From: Antedon mediterranea
Lineage: Eukaryota > Animalia > Echinodermata
Assembly (NCBI RefSeq): GCF_964355755.1
Contig: NC_092676.1
Location: 28,476,871-28,540,870 of the forward strand
Direction: 5' to 3'
Length of the DNA stretch: 64,000 nucleotides
The translations under genes and the position numbers were made by a program. This document shows positions 11,966-25,774 of this stretch, in pieces. A model generated the notes under the pieces. That model ran no database searches. It worked only from the letters and a program-made list of their open reading frames with translations, and was not told where the DNA came from. Position 1 is the stretch's first letter; each line of letters begins with the position of its first letter.

Positions 11966-14769
11966 TTTATAAGCACGATAAATTATAAAATAGTTTATCC
12001 ATCCTGTAATTGGCAAGTTACTTGCTGTTGGATGCATATGAATTACAAAACGAACAAATACCTCTATGCCTTCAATTCCCGATATCAGGGGGGCCTGGGT
12101 ATGACAATTTGGTCGGATAATATTATATATAATTTTAGATATTTCCAGATATATTTCAAATTCATGCCTGTACAGTACCTGAGGTTTAACAATGGAATAA
12201 TAAAATATTCGATAATATTCGGACAATAGAATTTACCAAAGTCTTGTATTTAAATTTAGCCTATAATCTATAGATTATTATACTTTAGCATGGGATTATA
12301 ATATATTCCACTACTAGCATTAAAACTAGTTCAAATTATTCCAACTTCATTATCGATGAATCATCCTATGATCAGTAAAAATAAGGGGGAGCTAGTTGCT
12401 ACCTATTAGTGATGATATCACAGATTTCCTATGCCTGAATCATATAAGGTATTGTATACTGTACTTAGCAAGAAGACATTCAGAATGTTAAAACAAACAA
12501 GTTTGCTGAAGAGCTTAGTATGTGATGCTCATCATCAATTTAGCCTTCAAGATTTACACATTTTTCATTTGCATCTAAAGTACATATTCAAGGATTTGAA
12601 ATAAAATTAAATTGTTTCTTTAGTTCAGTAAATGTACCAGCAATGATAATTTTCTTGTAGTGTTATATTGTTAATATAATATAATTCACCAAAAGCGATG
12701 TCTAGTTTTATATTCAAAAGGACAGAAGCATAAAGGAAACTGTTTCACACCAAAGCTCATATGGCTGAAAAAAAAACTGCATATGCGCAAACCCAAAACA
12801 CGTCTGGGAGAAGACACTCTATACTAATATTATGCAAGACAATAAATAATAATTAAAACTGTTACGTCAACTATTTCTTTTTACAATTATTGTTCTTGTG
12901 GCTTATTATAATTCATAAAAGAGTAATTCTCGGTTTTTTAAATTTCATTATTGCACTTGTTGCGTTTGGATTTTTTGTTACCAGAGCAATTTCTTTTTAT
13001 CCTCAAAGCAATACTGTACATACACATACTTTATTACAATGTACTGTAAGCCTGCAGCTCAAACCATAGTATACTGTACATTAATAATAGCGTGCACAAA
13101 TTATAGCCAAAAATGAAAGCCAATTTCTCTATTACCGAAATATACTAACTTGAATCAAATCTGCCCCTTACTAATCCTTAAATACCAATTTTCAGTAGTT
13201 CACTTTTATTTATATCAGAATCAGTTTGGGAATATATACAGTATCCTTGCATGGGGTTGCCATACAGAGGTCATATAAATGTCAAAAGCTGGCCAGGTAA
13301 TTTTGATGACCTTTTAAAATAGGAAGTCGGGAGTAATTGAATATTCTTTTTTGGCCTCATTTATCTATAAATTGTATGCATGATTACCAAAGCGTGGTGC
13401 TACTATAATAATGTTTTAATGTTGAATGTTTTATGAAATGAATTTCTATCAATTTATTTTATTTTTTCGATAATAATAAATCATTGGGCAAAAACAACAC
13501 GAATGAAATCACCCGTAGAAAGTATTGTAATTTTTGTATTAAACTATTTTGAGGAAAAAACAAAAATTATCATCTTTTATTATTGGAAAATGTAACATTA
13601 TGTGTAGGTGAACTTAGTGTGAAAGAAAAAAATATTAAAAATTACATTATTAAATATTTTTTTTAATCTTTATCAATTGAAACACAGAAGTTAATTTCAG
13701 CGAAATTGTAAATTGTCACATACTGTAGACATTGATAAACTTTATTTATCAACAAATTGAATATTATTTAAATACCTGATATCTTTCTTGTCTCTTTATG
13801 GGGAGTTACTGTAGACTTCAAGTATTATTTTATATGAATTTATTCAGTGAATCTTCTGGTATGATGTGTTCATATCAATACAGATTATATTTCATTTTAA
13901 AATTTGGTCGGTAAAACTGTCTAATTAGATTTTTAGAAGATTTGTAAATATTTTTTTATAAATAATTTTCAATTTGACCACAGCACATTTTGATACCCAA
14001 CGTGTGGTATTACTTGGAAATGAAGCAAAGTTTATACTTGAATGTGACTCAAAGGGATATAATGGCGTATAAATATTTTCATACTTCCATTTGGTCATAT
14101 GGACTTAATTTTCCAATTTGCAAAGGATATGCTAATGTTGAGATGATAAAAAAAGAAAGAAATCAAATTGAAAACCAACAAGAATCATCCGTATTAGAAT
14201 AATTTCAGTTGCGTGATCGGATGTGTTTAGCAGGCTGCGGGTAAACGTTTTCTTATAAGTTTTTTTGTTATTAAAACAAACTCTTAAAAAAATATACTTG
14301 ACACACGGTATAAATAAATTAAAAGAAAGCAGAATGGAAGATACATCGCAATCATTTGATTAGCGATCACTTCCACCCTTGACTTGGCGAGGAAGGGTCA
14401 TCTAAGCGGCTTTCTTATTGACCTAGTGACAATTTCCACCCTTGATGTGAGCAGGGGTCAGGAAGGGTCAACTGACTGACTTCCGTATAGACTTACTGAC
14501 TGCATTGTATCTACAGTACCCCTAGATGTGAGTAGGGCATTGGGTAGTGTCGGTTATTTTCACCCTTGGCATTTTCTTTGTCGGGATTTTTTTTCAAAAC
14601 TTATATTTTAAAGATTGGAGGATAAAAGGACGGTCTTTTTGATTAATTTATGTTTTTTTTCTGACTTTCTTCCTTCTAAATTGAAGCAATTAAAAAGAAT
14701 TTGTAATTTTGAAACCAACATTTTATACTATCACTTTTGTGGTTTATCTAAATTATTATTTTTTTTTTT

Positions 14770-14945
14770 TGGAAAAAATTGTTGTAAAAAAAACCAACAA
14801 AAACTAGAATTAAAATCTATCATAAAATTCAAAGTACGGTAGCATTTAAATTATTTTTTGGGAAAAATTTGTTGTTAATAAAAACCAACAAAAACTAGAA
14901 TTAAAATGCATCATAAAATTCAAAAAGTACTGTAGCATTTAATTT
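14770..14945. repeat. ~90-bp tandem duplication
   Basis: AAAACCAACAAAAACTAGAATTAAAAT..ATCATAAAATTCAAA..TAGCATTTAA twice. Confidence 0.8.
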
Positions 14946-15799
14946 TGGTTAAAATTCAGTATTTTTTCTCCCAATTTTTAAAAAAGAATTAAGCATCAAT
15001 GTCACCTTATCGCATAATATAACACATTATTATTATTGGAAGCATTTTAGCGACTAGCGTCATTGATCGAATGTTGACCTTTTAAAGCACAGTCCTACGC
15101 TTTCTCCCGTACCATATGCCAGATGTTTACACCATTAAAATAATGATAAATGCTAAAATTGATAAAGTATTGCTGAATAGAGAAAAATATCATGATGAGT
15201 ATACTACAACTGTGGAATGGGAGAAAGTGTGGTCAAAGGAAAATAATGAAAACAGTGGTTTGAGGCACATAGATGACTACCACTACCAGTATTAATTTTT
15301 TTTTTTGCTAATAATATACTACAGTGATCATCTCAACTAGATACAATACATGTTGGATAGAATTAAATGAAGTTACAGAATATTATAGGATTTTCCTTGT
15401 GGTAATGGTATACATATAATATACAGTAGTGTGTATTTTGCTCATTTCGGTTAAAAAATGAAGGAAAGAGTGTTAATTCAGAGTTGTGAAATCAAACATT
15501 GTACTCTGTCAAAAGTGTGACAAGCTACAAATGTAATGTTAGATCTATCTTGTATTTCACAAATTAAATCCTGAGAATTTAAATTACAGTATTAGTTTAA
15601 AATATCCAGAAATATTTACTTTTTAGTATTTTACAAATATTTGTGATTGGCTAAAAGTAAACTTAATACAAAAAAATCTTTTTAAATAGTTTTACTTTTT
15701 GAAAATTGTTTGTATAGGAACTAAAAGGCGGTATTACAGTATATAGTAAAGTACACAAATGATTAATTAATTCATTTGAAAGGCCTTTAAAACAACTTA

Positions 15800-15959
15800 A
15801 GCTCTGTCTACACTATTATACAAGTTTGACAAAAAAGTATGATGTGCCCAAATATGGTAGTGATATTCCCAAATATGGTAGTGATATGACATCTTTATGT
15901 CCATATATGGGCACATCACTTTTTATTGTCATGTAAAGTTTGATAATGTAGCCAAGTCT
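15800..15959. mobile_element. MITE family A copy (reverse orientation)
   Basis: Same TIR, internal repeat inverted (CCCAAATATGGTAGTGATAT). Confidence 0.75.
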
Positions 15960-16517
15960 TTAGTTATCACATCTTCATCTGTGGCAAAGATTTTGATTTT
16001 GATAAATCAGTCTGGAATCGTCTTTAGATTATTTTGCAGCATAGCATCTTTTGATGACAATAGCGATGACTGTTTGTTGCAATAATGATCACCATGCTAT
16101 ACATAGTGATTTCATAATGTATGTCGTGCTATTAAAGAATGCTGCGTATTCATCGTTTTGCAAAATGAACTCGTAATCAGACAGAAATACGTAAACTAAT
16201 TGTATCATTTCTTTTAGACTGCCAAACATTTTTTTGGCCATCATTTATATTTTCTGTGATATGTAATGTTTCTTGTTACAATGCAATTTTTATTTCGGCA
16301 AAATTCTTCCTGTTTCTACTCATTTTACCTGTTTTCTTTGTCATTTTTTACATTTCATCATTTCTACTTTCCAATGTCAATTTATTATTATTATTCCAAA
16401 AATCAATAATTGATAATATTTGTATATATTTCTTGTTCAATTTGGAGATTTATTTAATTGTTACTGTATAAATGCAGAAAGCTGCTCAGCTGCAAATAAA
16501 CACCTACTGTGTGCGTA

Positions 16518-16745
16518 GCTCACATTACCTTTGACCTATAATTATTACAGAAATCATCAAGTAATTAATATTATTCATGTATGTTAGTATGCAATATATA
16601 GCTCACATGACCTTTGACCTATAATTATTACAGAAATCATCAAGTAATTAATATTATTCATGTATGTTTGTATGCATATACAGCTCAGATGACCTTTGAC
16701 CTATAATTATTGCCAAAATCATAAGTAATTATTGATATTATGCAG
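16518..16745. repeat. ~83-bp tandem triplication containing TGACCTTTGACCT
   Basis: Copies start near 16518, 16601 and 16683. Confidence 0.85.
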
Positions 16746-19273
16746 TAAATATCTTGTTGCAAATGTACCTGAGCAATTAGGTCATATCGTCAGGTTTATA
16801 CCATATATATTTTTATCTCCCGGGTAACAAAAGCTTAAAATGAATTGGACAAGACTTAATACGATGTGTACTACCTGGTCACTGGATTGATAATTATTAC
16901 AAGAGAGACGACAAAGACGATGACAACGCTTTAGCACTTACAATAGTTGACATATATCGTATCTATAAGTTGCAGGAATAAACAGTAGTAATTGTAATAT
17001 ACCAAGTAGTTCTCAAATGCAATGTTCTGTCTTTAATAATTATTTATTATTATCGAAATCCATGTAATCATTAACATTATTTATTTATCATTTATTATTA
17101 TTTATTTATTTATTTATTTGGATTTACACCTTTAGGGTCGTGAGGTGCTTTCCCGATTAATCGTACGATCAAAACGGTACTGGGTAAGGGGGCACACTTA
17201 TACAGTGGTACAAAGATGCATCCTTTAAAATAACAATATAATATTTAACTTGTATAAATTACAGTATTGATGAGTTGAGTTAAAGAATTTAGCACCTAAT
17301 TATTACCCAAGAATATATTAGTGGGTCATGTATTGGGTCATTCAATCATACTCATTAACCAATTATTACGTTTGTAGTCTCTGTCAAGCTTTAAAAATTA
17401 AATGTGTTTTAATTAAATCATTTACAGTAATTTGTTTATTTAAATTTTTAAATGTTTTAATATTAACTGATCATTTAAGGCTCTTGACAAAACATACAAA
17501 AAATACATTTAATCATCATAATATTTATTGGTCCGTCATAAAATATATGAAAATATAAAAATGGCGTACAAACAAAACTACAAACATTAAAATGTTCCAA
17601 TAAAATTTCTCCCCCAAAATAAAATACAATTTCATTATTTAACATTTATTATACTTGTTGTATCAACCAATTAAAATGCCTCGCTCTCTGCCTTTTTTTT
17701 ATATCAGATTGTGCAATATATGTAGCAATTTTGTTACGTTTCTTTCCCTTTATTGGTATATTAAGTGGATAATGTTTGTTAACCTATTGCAACAAGTAAA
17801 ACTAACTGCAGGTTATTACTTGATATACTGATCAATAGACTATCAGCAAAGCGTCCATTCATCAAAAATTAACCCTATTTAAGTACTAACCATACCGACT
17901 GCGTGGGTCTATGCCTCCGAACAAAACGTTAAGAAAACCTCAATATGTGTCAACAATGAAGCCATTGTGACAAGCACGATGGCAGGAATAGATTCAGTGT
18001 TGTGTAGTTTGTGTTTAGGTAAAAACCGATTTACAAAGAATCAATTTTCAATAGAGGAGCTTTGTGAAAATAGCATTTAGTATTACTGACATTGCATATA
18101 AATTAATTGTATGATAATTGGTGTATCAGAATAGGTGTTCTCATAAAAGAAGTTTTAAGCCTATCTATTAAAGAGACCTAACTGTTGTTAATTGAAATAT
18201 CACCTAATAACTGTATCATGTCACTGTGTTATACTGTAGATCTCTTCTGTTGCTTTCTTTATTGTTGATTAAATATAAGGATTGTCAGCTCCCTTCCCCT
18301 CCCCAAAAAAAACCTTGGTTCCCACTAAAGATTCAAGGACGTAGCTGCAATATATATGAGTGATTTGACCAATCAAAAGCGATGGTATATTTAAATTGTT
18401 TCTTCTTTAGTGGGAATTCGAAGCATAAACCTAGTGTTGACCCAAATTCAAACGTCTGGTTTTGTGCAAAGTCTTCTCGGAACTCATTTCAAAGTTTGGA
18501 CGATTTCCAAAATACTGTACAAAAAACAACAAATCTTGAATTTGATTTTTGATAGACAAAATGAGAGTATGTTGACTGACTTTCTTGTTTTCCAATTTCA
18601 TGTAATTTTTATATGAATAAATTTGAATTGATAAATTTTACTGGTACCATTAAATTTAATACTCTGTCTGTACAAATAAAACAATAGATTTTTTCAAGGA
18701 CAGAAAGAATCTTTTCAATTAAATATAATCTGCAAACTGGGGTTACGACGCGCTACTGAACCCATGTTACATACATAGCGCCTAGTACAACAGTATGTGT
18801 ACAGTGTGTGCTGCAGTACACAGCATAGTACGGCACATATCATTTGTTGATATACCGTATGCAGCACACCAACACTATTTTGCTAAATTAACCGCTACGC
18901 ATAGCTTTAATGACCTGCATGACTTTTGACCTCTGATAGATACTGTAATTGACAGAAATTATGATGATCTTATATGTTGACTGTTTAGGTTTATAATGAA
19001 TGAACTAAGCCGCCAAGATACAAATGTAATGATAAAAGTAAAGAAATTATATGGCACCTATAAAACAGATCACTACTGTCAGTAGTATCAATTATTAAAT
19101 TGATATCAATATAATTGGGATATCTTATTTAGTATTGTAAAAAGTTAATTATACAAAAAATTAATTAGTTTGTCCATACTTAACAATAATTGTACCGGTA
19201 GTCAGTCATAATCTCATATTTATTTTTTTAAACACAAATTTTGAAAGATGAAAATCACATGATGTATTTTCTT

Positions 19274-19323
19274 TTTTCGCTCATGAGGACGATTAAAGCA
19301 TATTGATCGAAACGTCGAGAAAC
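19274..19323 (+). ncRNA. Minimal type I hammerhead ribozyme-like relic (Penelope-like element terminus)
   Basis: Stem I CTC/GAG, core ATGAGGA (C3>A versus CUGANGA), stem II GATTAA/TTGATC, then GAAACGTC with a GUC triplet. Confidence 0.5.
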
Positions 19324-19884
19324 TCAACAGTTCTTTTCAGAACTAATATATTTGGTGTACCACAAAATTTGTATCAACATTTTCTTTTTAAAAAGTTTTA
19401 TAAAAAAATGATCATGGCGTTAAATTAATATTAGGTTCCTAAGAAAACGTTATTTAAAAGTCACAGTGCATAACTACATGCAAAGTGTTGAGCTGGTAAA
19501 CTTGTACTTTTCTATCATTTTATTTGCTATGTAAATTGGCCTTCTTGCATTATTGACCATCAAATCAATATTATCCATATAAAAGGTTACCTTTAATAAC
19601 AATACAAGCATTGTATCATTGACCCAACAGCACCGTCTCCAATTACAAACTGACTGCACTTCATTTTTTATTAGAATATCAAATTAGTTATAATACTGTT
19701 ATGTGTAGAGATTAATAATAAAATGGATTGAATTCTTTTATTCACTTTATTTGTCAAATTTACTAACCAATTATGCCATTTTCAAGCGCGAAATAATACT
19801 ACAAAAATTTAAACCATAGTTGTTGTGATCTGGTACTTTAATAAGCCCATAGATATGGATATCATTTTGTTGTAATTGAGTGTT

Positions 19885-20027
19885 AGCTCTGTCTACAGTA
19901 TCAAACTTTATGTAACAAAAAATGTGATGTGCTCGTATGGACATGATGTCATATCACTACCATATTTAAGCATATCACCACCATATTTGGGCACATCACA
20001 TTTTTTTTGTCAAACTAGTTTGATAGT
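19885..20027. mobile_element. MITE family A copy (right end degraded)
   Basis: Left TIR and internal repeats. Confidence 0.75.
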
Positions 20028-20270
20028 TTAGTGGTTTACATTGGATGAATCAATCAATGTAATAAAATTTATTGAATAGTAGAATAAATAAAAACAATAA
20101 TTAATGAAAATTATTATTTTTCAGGTTGAATCCAAAGGAATACTAGGAGTTACATACTGTGTACAGTTGAAAAGTCCAAATTAATTTTTGTTATATTTGA
20201 AAATGAGAAAAACAAAGTTGCTCTTTGAATCTGAACAAATTCAATAGTGTGTCACCTAGCAACTATAAAC

Positions 20271-23200
20271 ATGGGGGAAGAACTGAAGAGGCTTACTGCT
20301 TTAGTAAATAACACAGAGAACAAAGTGAATAATGATAGTATTATCACGGCAAGTGTCGGCCTCAATCCTAATGGATTAAAACAAGATAAAGACGATGAAA
20401 ACGGACAACTTGCGACTTTAATAAATACACATAGACCTTCACTGGAAAATAAAGGAGAAAAACGGAAAATTGATGAAATAAAGGAAGAAGGAACGGAAGA
20501 TGATGATTCTGTTTTTTTACCAAATGATAGGAATAATGAAGATGGAGGTAATGTATTTTTCCAACTTAAAAAAAATATATATTTCGTGCCTAGCTTACCT
20601 GGATAAACCGATTAGCCTATTTTCTCCGAGAAGAGAGCTAAAACTCGAATATCTAAAATACCCCTGACAGATAATGGTACATTCCATGAATCCTGCCCTC
20701 AAGTGGAAACATCCCATCACAATTTATTTACTTTAATTTATTTTAAACATCTATTTGGAGGAGTAGCCATGGCCTATCAAATTAAGATGAGCCTTTTATA
20801 TGATGTACACAATATGCAAAAGTCACGTTTCTGAATCTTAAAAATCCCATCACAGTCCATCAATTTTAATCAACAAATTAAAAAAAATAAAATTGGCAGA
20901 CTTCAGGAATATGAGGTTTTTGTCTATTTAATAAAAAATATTTTGCAACAAAATGAATGCAATCTGAAATGTCGCTACGGGTGAGGAACAACAAAACGTA
21001 GGATTTTGTAAATGGTTTGCAAATGATTGAAAAATGAATGAATTCCTTCTGTAATGAATGAATTTCTTCTGAAATGGTTTATTAAAATTCATACATTAAA
21101 TTCAGTTTTATATTATTCAACTCTTAATTATCCCACTGTGAATTATTTAGAGAACTATCATCTATTGAGAACTCTTAATAAACAAAGAAAGAAAACAAAA
21201 AAATTGTGCAATATTTATTATATTAAGTATTCATGCATCCTCTTAGGTATCAACACTATCATGGCAATCATAAAAAGCACTGAACATCCAATTAATTTGT
21301 TGCTATTTCTTAGATTAGCTGTGCCAACGTGTAGATGCCGATCTAACTCAGCACCATTATCTCGTACTGTGACGACAACTGTAGCTTGGTCACGTGACTC
21401 GGCCACGTTTAGTCTCATGATCACCTGTATATGCTACAATGTTGTTTTAACAATCAATGTGGCAAATTATTCGATCAATGATCTGTAAATAAATATAGTT
21501 AAATATTTTATTACATGGGTAATTATAATATAATTTCAATATAAGTTTATTTTTTCACAATATAATATTAACAATTAACATACAGGATAATAAACAATGA
21601 AGTAATCATATGGAGCAAGGGTCATATAAGTCTAAAATACTTTAAGTTTGATTCAGCCTAAGATACGAAAAGGAAAAAAATACATAAACTCATAATAAAT
21701 AAAAGAAATCAAAGCTAAAATTTGTATTTAAAGCACTTTATCCGATCGTAACTGGTCTTATGAATAGACTATTTAAAGTTCATTATATCTTGAAAGTAAA
21801 TAATAATTCATTACTACATTTACATTATGTAATAATGTGATTATTATTGGTTAAATGAATCAAAATTTATATTTTTATTTATGTATCATAAATTTCATCG
21901 GTATTTTGGTGTATTTTCTACATCTTCATCCTCCTACTGTAAGCATTCCTTATTTTTGACTGGTTTCACAGTAACCCTTGTATACATTTTATCCAAATGA
22001 TTCAAATACACAGCATCATGCTTCAACAATTGACATTAAACCATAAACATTGCAACATTTGATATTTAAAGCTTGAAAAACAAGGGCATAGTTCATGTTA
22101 TGAATTCCTTAAACAATGATGGATTTGATATCTGCTTTTTAACATTCATATTCTGTGATTTATATTATTTTTATTCAAAATATGATCAGCAATATATTTA
22201 CAAGAATAATTTGGCATTTCATATTCGTAATTTTTAGATATTACAATTATTGGAAAAGTTTTGTTTTTTAATTGTTTGTGAAATTTAATGCATATTAAAT
22301 ATATCATAGAATCTAATAAATGATAAATTACAAAAAAAGAAGATAAGTTAGTAGGGATCATTTCATTTTTCTACTGCAGTTACTGCAGTAACTACATCTT
22401 TCATTACAACAATGTGGAAAGAATGTCCCCTTAATAGCAGTGTCGCCTTAATAGCAGTGTCTCCTTAATAGCGGTGTCGCCTTAATAGCGGTGTCGCCTT
22501 AATAGCGGTGTCGCCTTAATAGCGGTGTCGCCTTAATAGCGGTGTCCCCTTAATAGCATGAGTGTCCCCTTAATAGCAGTGTCGCCTTAATAGCAGTGTC
22601 GCCTTAATAGCGGTGTCGCCTTAATAGCGGTGTCCCCTTAATAGCGGTGTCGCCTTTATAGCGGTGTCCCCTTAATAGCATGAGTGTCCTCTTAATAGCG
22701 GTGTCGCCTTAATAGCATGAGTGTCCCCTTAATAGCATGAGTGTGCCCTTAATAGCAGTGTCGCCTTAATAGCAGTGTCGCCTTAATAGCGGTGTCGCCT
22801 TAATAGCGGTGTCTCCTTTATAGCAGTGTTCCCTTAATAGGGGTGTCGCCTTAATAGGGGTGTCGCCTTAATAGGGGTGTTGCCTTAATAGGGGTGTCGC
22901 CTTTATAGCGGTGTTCCCTTTATAGCGGTGTCGCCTTAATAGGGGTGTCGCCTTAATAGGGGTGTCGCCTTAATAGGGGTGTCGCCTTAATAGGGGTGTC
23001 GCCTTAATAGGGGTGTCGCCTTAATAGGGGTGTCGCCTTAATAGGGGTGTCGCCTTAATAGGGGTGTCGCCTTAATAGGGGTGTCGCCTTAATAGGGGTG
23101 TCGCCTTAATAGGGGTGTCTCGAAAGATGGGTTCTACTGTATTCATACTGATGTCATGTGACGTGTAAGTAAGTGCTGAAGTATTTTGTAACCTTCTTGA

Positions 23201-25742
23201 AAATTAATGCCAGTTGCAACAATAAAAAGTTTTCAACAAATGTGTCCATATAAAATTTAGTGTAATTTTTTAAAATGTGCACATCACATTGTATTAAGCT
23301 CTGTCTACACTATCAAATTTAGGAACAAAATGTTATGTGCTCATATATGGACAGGATGATGTCATATCACTACCATATTTAGACATATCACTACCATATT
23401 TGGGCATATCACTACTATATTTGGGCATATCACTACTATACTTGGGCATATCACTACTATATTTGGGCATATCACTACTATATTTGGGCATATCACTACC
23501 TTTATTTCGAAGTTTGATAGTGTAGACAGAGCTTTAGAACCTCATCTTATTGAATCCTTTAAATGCTTAGTTTGTTTAAATGCTACAATGAAATAAACAA
23601 GCATTTACAAGACAGATTGTTTGTATACAGTCTAACATTCCATAATGTGATCACTAAGCATACTGTATATTATTATAAAACACATAACGCACAAACTGAT
23701 AAATGTCAAATTTAATATTTACAGTATAGATCCATTTGAAATATTCTAAGGATTTGTGTACTGTATATTTACTGACATGATAGATTATGATTGGATATAC
23801 AGTAGTAGCATTTTGTATAATAATTAAAATTAAACTTATTGTTCACTATAATATATTAATTTTTATTCATTCAAATTTTATCAGTAAATCTACAATTTAT
23901 TCATTTGAATTATCTTTGCATGTTTGTATTCTTTTCATATGTAGTCTCAGTCGGCAGATTAAATTTAAAAAAAAAATTATATTTGATAATTTAAACATTA
24001 ATTATTATTACTACACAGTATACCAATAATAAGTACTTGTACAGTACTGTTACTGTATCAGTATTATAATTATTTTTGTGACACTAACTAAGTGTATGAT
24101 ATCGGTAAATATTGTTCCCACAACTCCTTGAATTATTCACGCCGTTCCCCGCGGCACACAGTCTTCCCAATGCGCGTAACCTTGGATGCAGAAAATAATA
24201 ATGAATTATCGGTAATAACAGAGAATTGTAGATTATATATCAATAATGACATTGTCAACTTTTATTCCTCGTTCGTTTTGTTTTATTACATAATTATTGC
24301 AATTTTTTTCAAGAAAATATTGTTGCATTTTATTATATGACTGCACACTTAAGCTGTAAGTTTTGTGTGTAACAAAATTTAAGAAAACTAAATTGCTCAT
24401 AATATACAAATACAGTACATTGTTAACAACAAGACTATGAATTTTAAATTTTTTATCTCATTTTTTTTTTCTTGTCTCAGATTATTTTTAAAGTAATTTT
24501 GTTAATTTCATTACTTCAAGTTATTAAATAACTTGTATGATATTGTAATTTTTCAGATAAATCTCGGAATAAACGGAACCGGCCGACGGAGCCAAAGCCA
24601 GGAGGCAATTGGGATTTAGTGGATCAAAAAACTGGGAAAAATGGGGAAAATAAATCAAATCCAGGTATGTTAGTTAAAGCCAATATCAGTAATTTGTATT
24701 GTGAAAATATTCTACTACTAAGGCACACTTATAAAAACATTGTACTGCTTCTTTCTGTACATTGCCTTCTCCACTGCAAATTGAAACTATTTAAAAAAAT
24801 TATAAGGCAAATTAAAACGCAACTTTTTAATTAACACATATTTTTTTGGCACACACAAAATTTTAATTCATCAATGCTTAAATAGCATTATTCATTTTTA
24901 CAGTAGAAGCATAATGTGGTATTAAAGGCAAAAATAGTATTCTTAACTAAGCTTTATTTTAATTTGTTTAGATCATAATACAATGATGGGGTACCATCCT
25001 CGTGGTCAGAGGTTCGGTGACCACACCGGTAACCAACAAGAGGTGTTTGCATTTTCAACGTATTTAGCAAATCAGGCCGCACAATCCGTACTGACCGGCA
25101 CGGCTAACTCTATCATAAACTACCATCAAACACAGTCAGCGTCTCGCAAGTTCCTGCAAGCTGACCAGGTGAGAATTTGTTCTTTTTTTTTGTTTTTTTT
25201 TTTTTTAAGATAATTTGTTTTTCCTTTGTGTTCCTTGCATTTGACAAATTTTCAATTGGACTAATGACCAAATTAATCCGTTTCATTGATGGATTTATTC
25301 TTATTACATTTGAAAGTATAATGTTCCGTTTCTGTAAATATATTAGGATTAATTAATTTAAAATATTTATTCTTAGGATGCACAGGATAAGACGCCGCCT
25401 TCATCGGCAGATTCTGGTGTAGCACATACGTCGAGTAATAACAGTCCAGAGGATCAGTCAAGCTCACGACAAGGTACACCAATTCCACTAGGAACACCCG
25501 ATCCTAAAAATCAGGAGATACTTCATAAACCATTAGATTGCATTGAGCCTAAAGAATGCCGGACACCTAAAGGCAACACCAGTAATACACCGGAAGCAGG
25601 CAACAGCACTCCATCAAACAGCGTTCACGAAACGCCTGTTAGTAGTGTCCTAGAGACATCTACGCCAACCCCACCTACAACAACGAAAAAGGTCAACCGG
25701 AAAAGGAAAGTGTCGACGAAGGGAGCCAATAAATTATTGCAA

Positions 25743-25774
<32 letters not shown>

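Noticed and set aside
142-19659. Many 60-100 aa ORFs in the first 20 kb
   Set aside because: Low-complexity F/I/L/Y/K-rich translations typical of AT-rich non-coding DNA or TE interiors; no domains or consistent exon chains.
22424-23139. CRISPR-like array
   Set aside because: Units are contiguous with no unique spacers, there are no cas genes, and the DNA is eukaryotic. The same applies to the 54800 and 62100 arrays.
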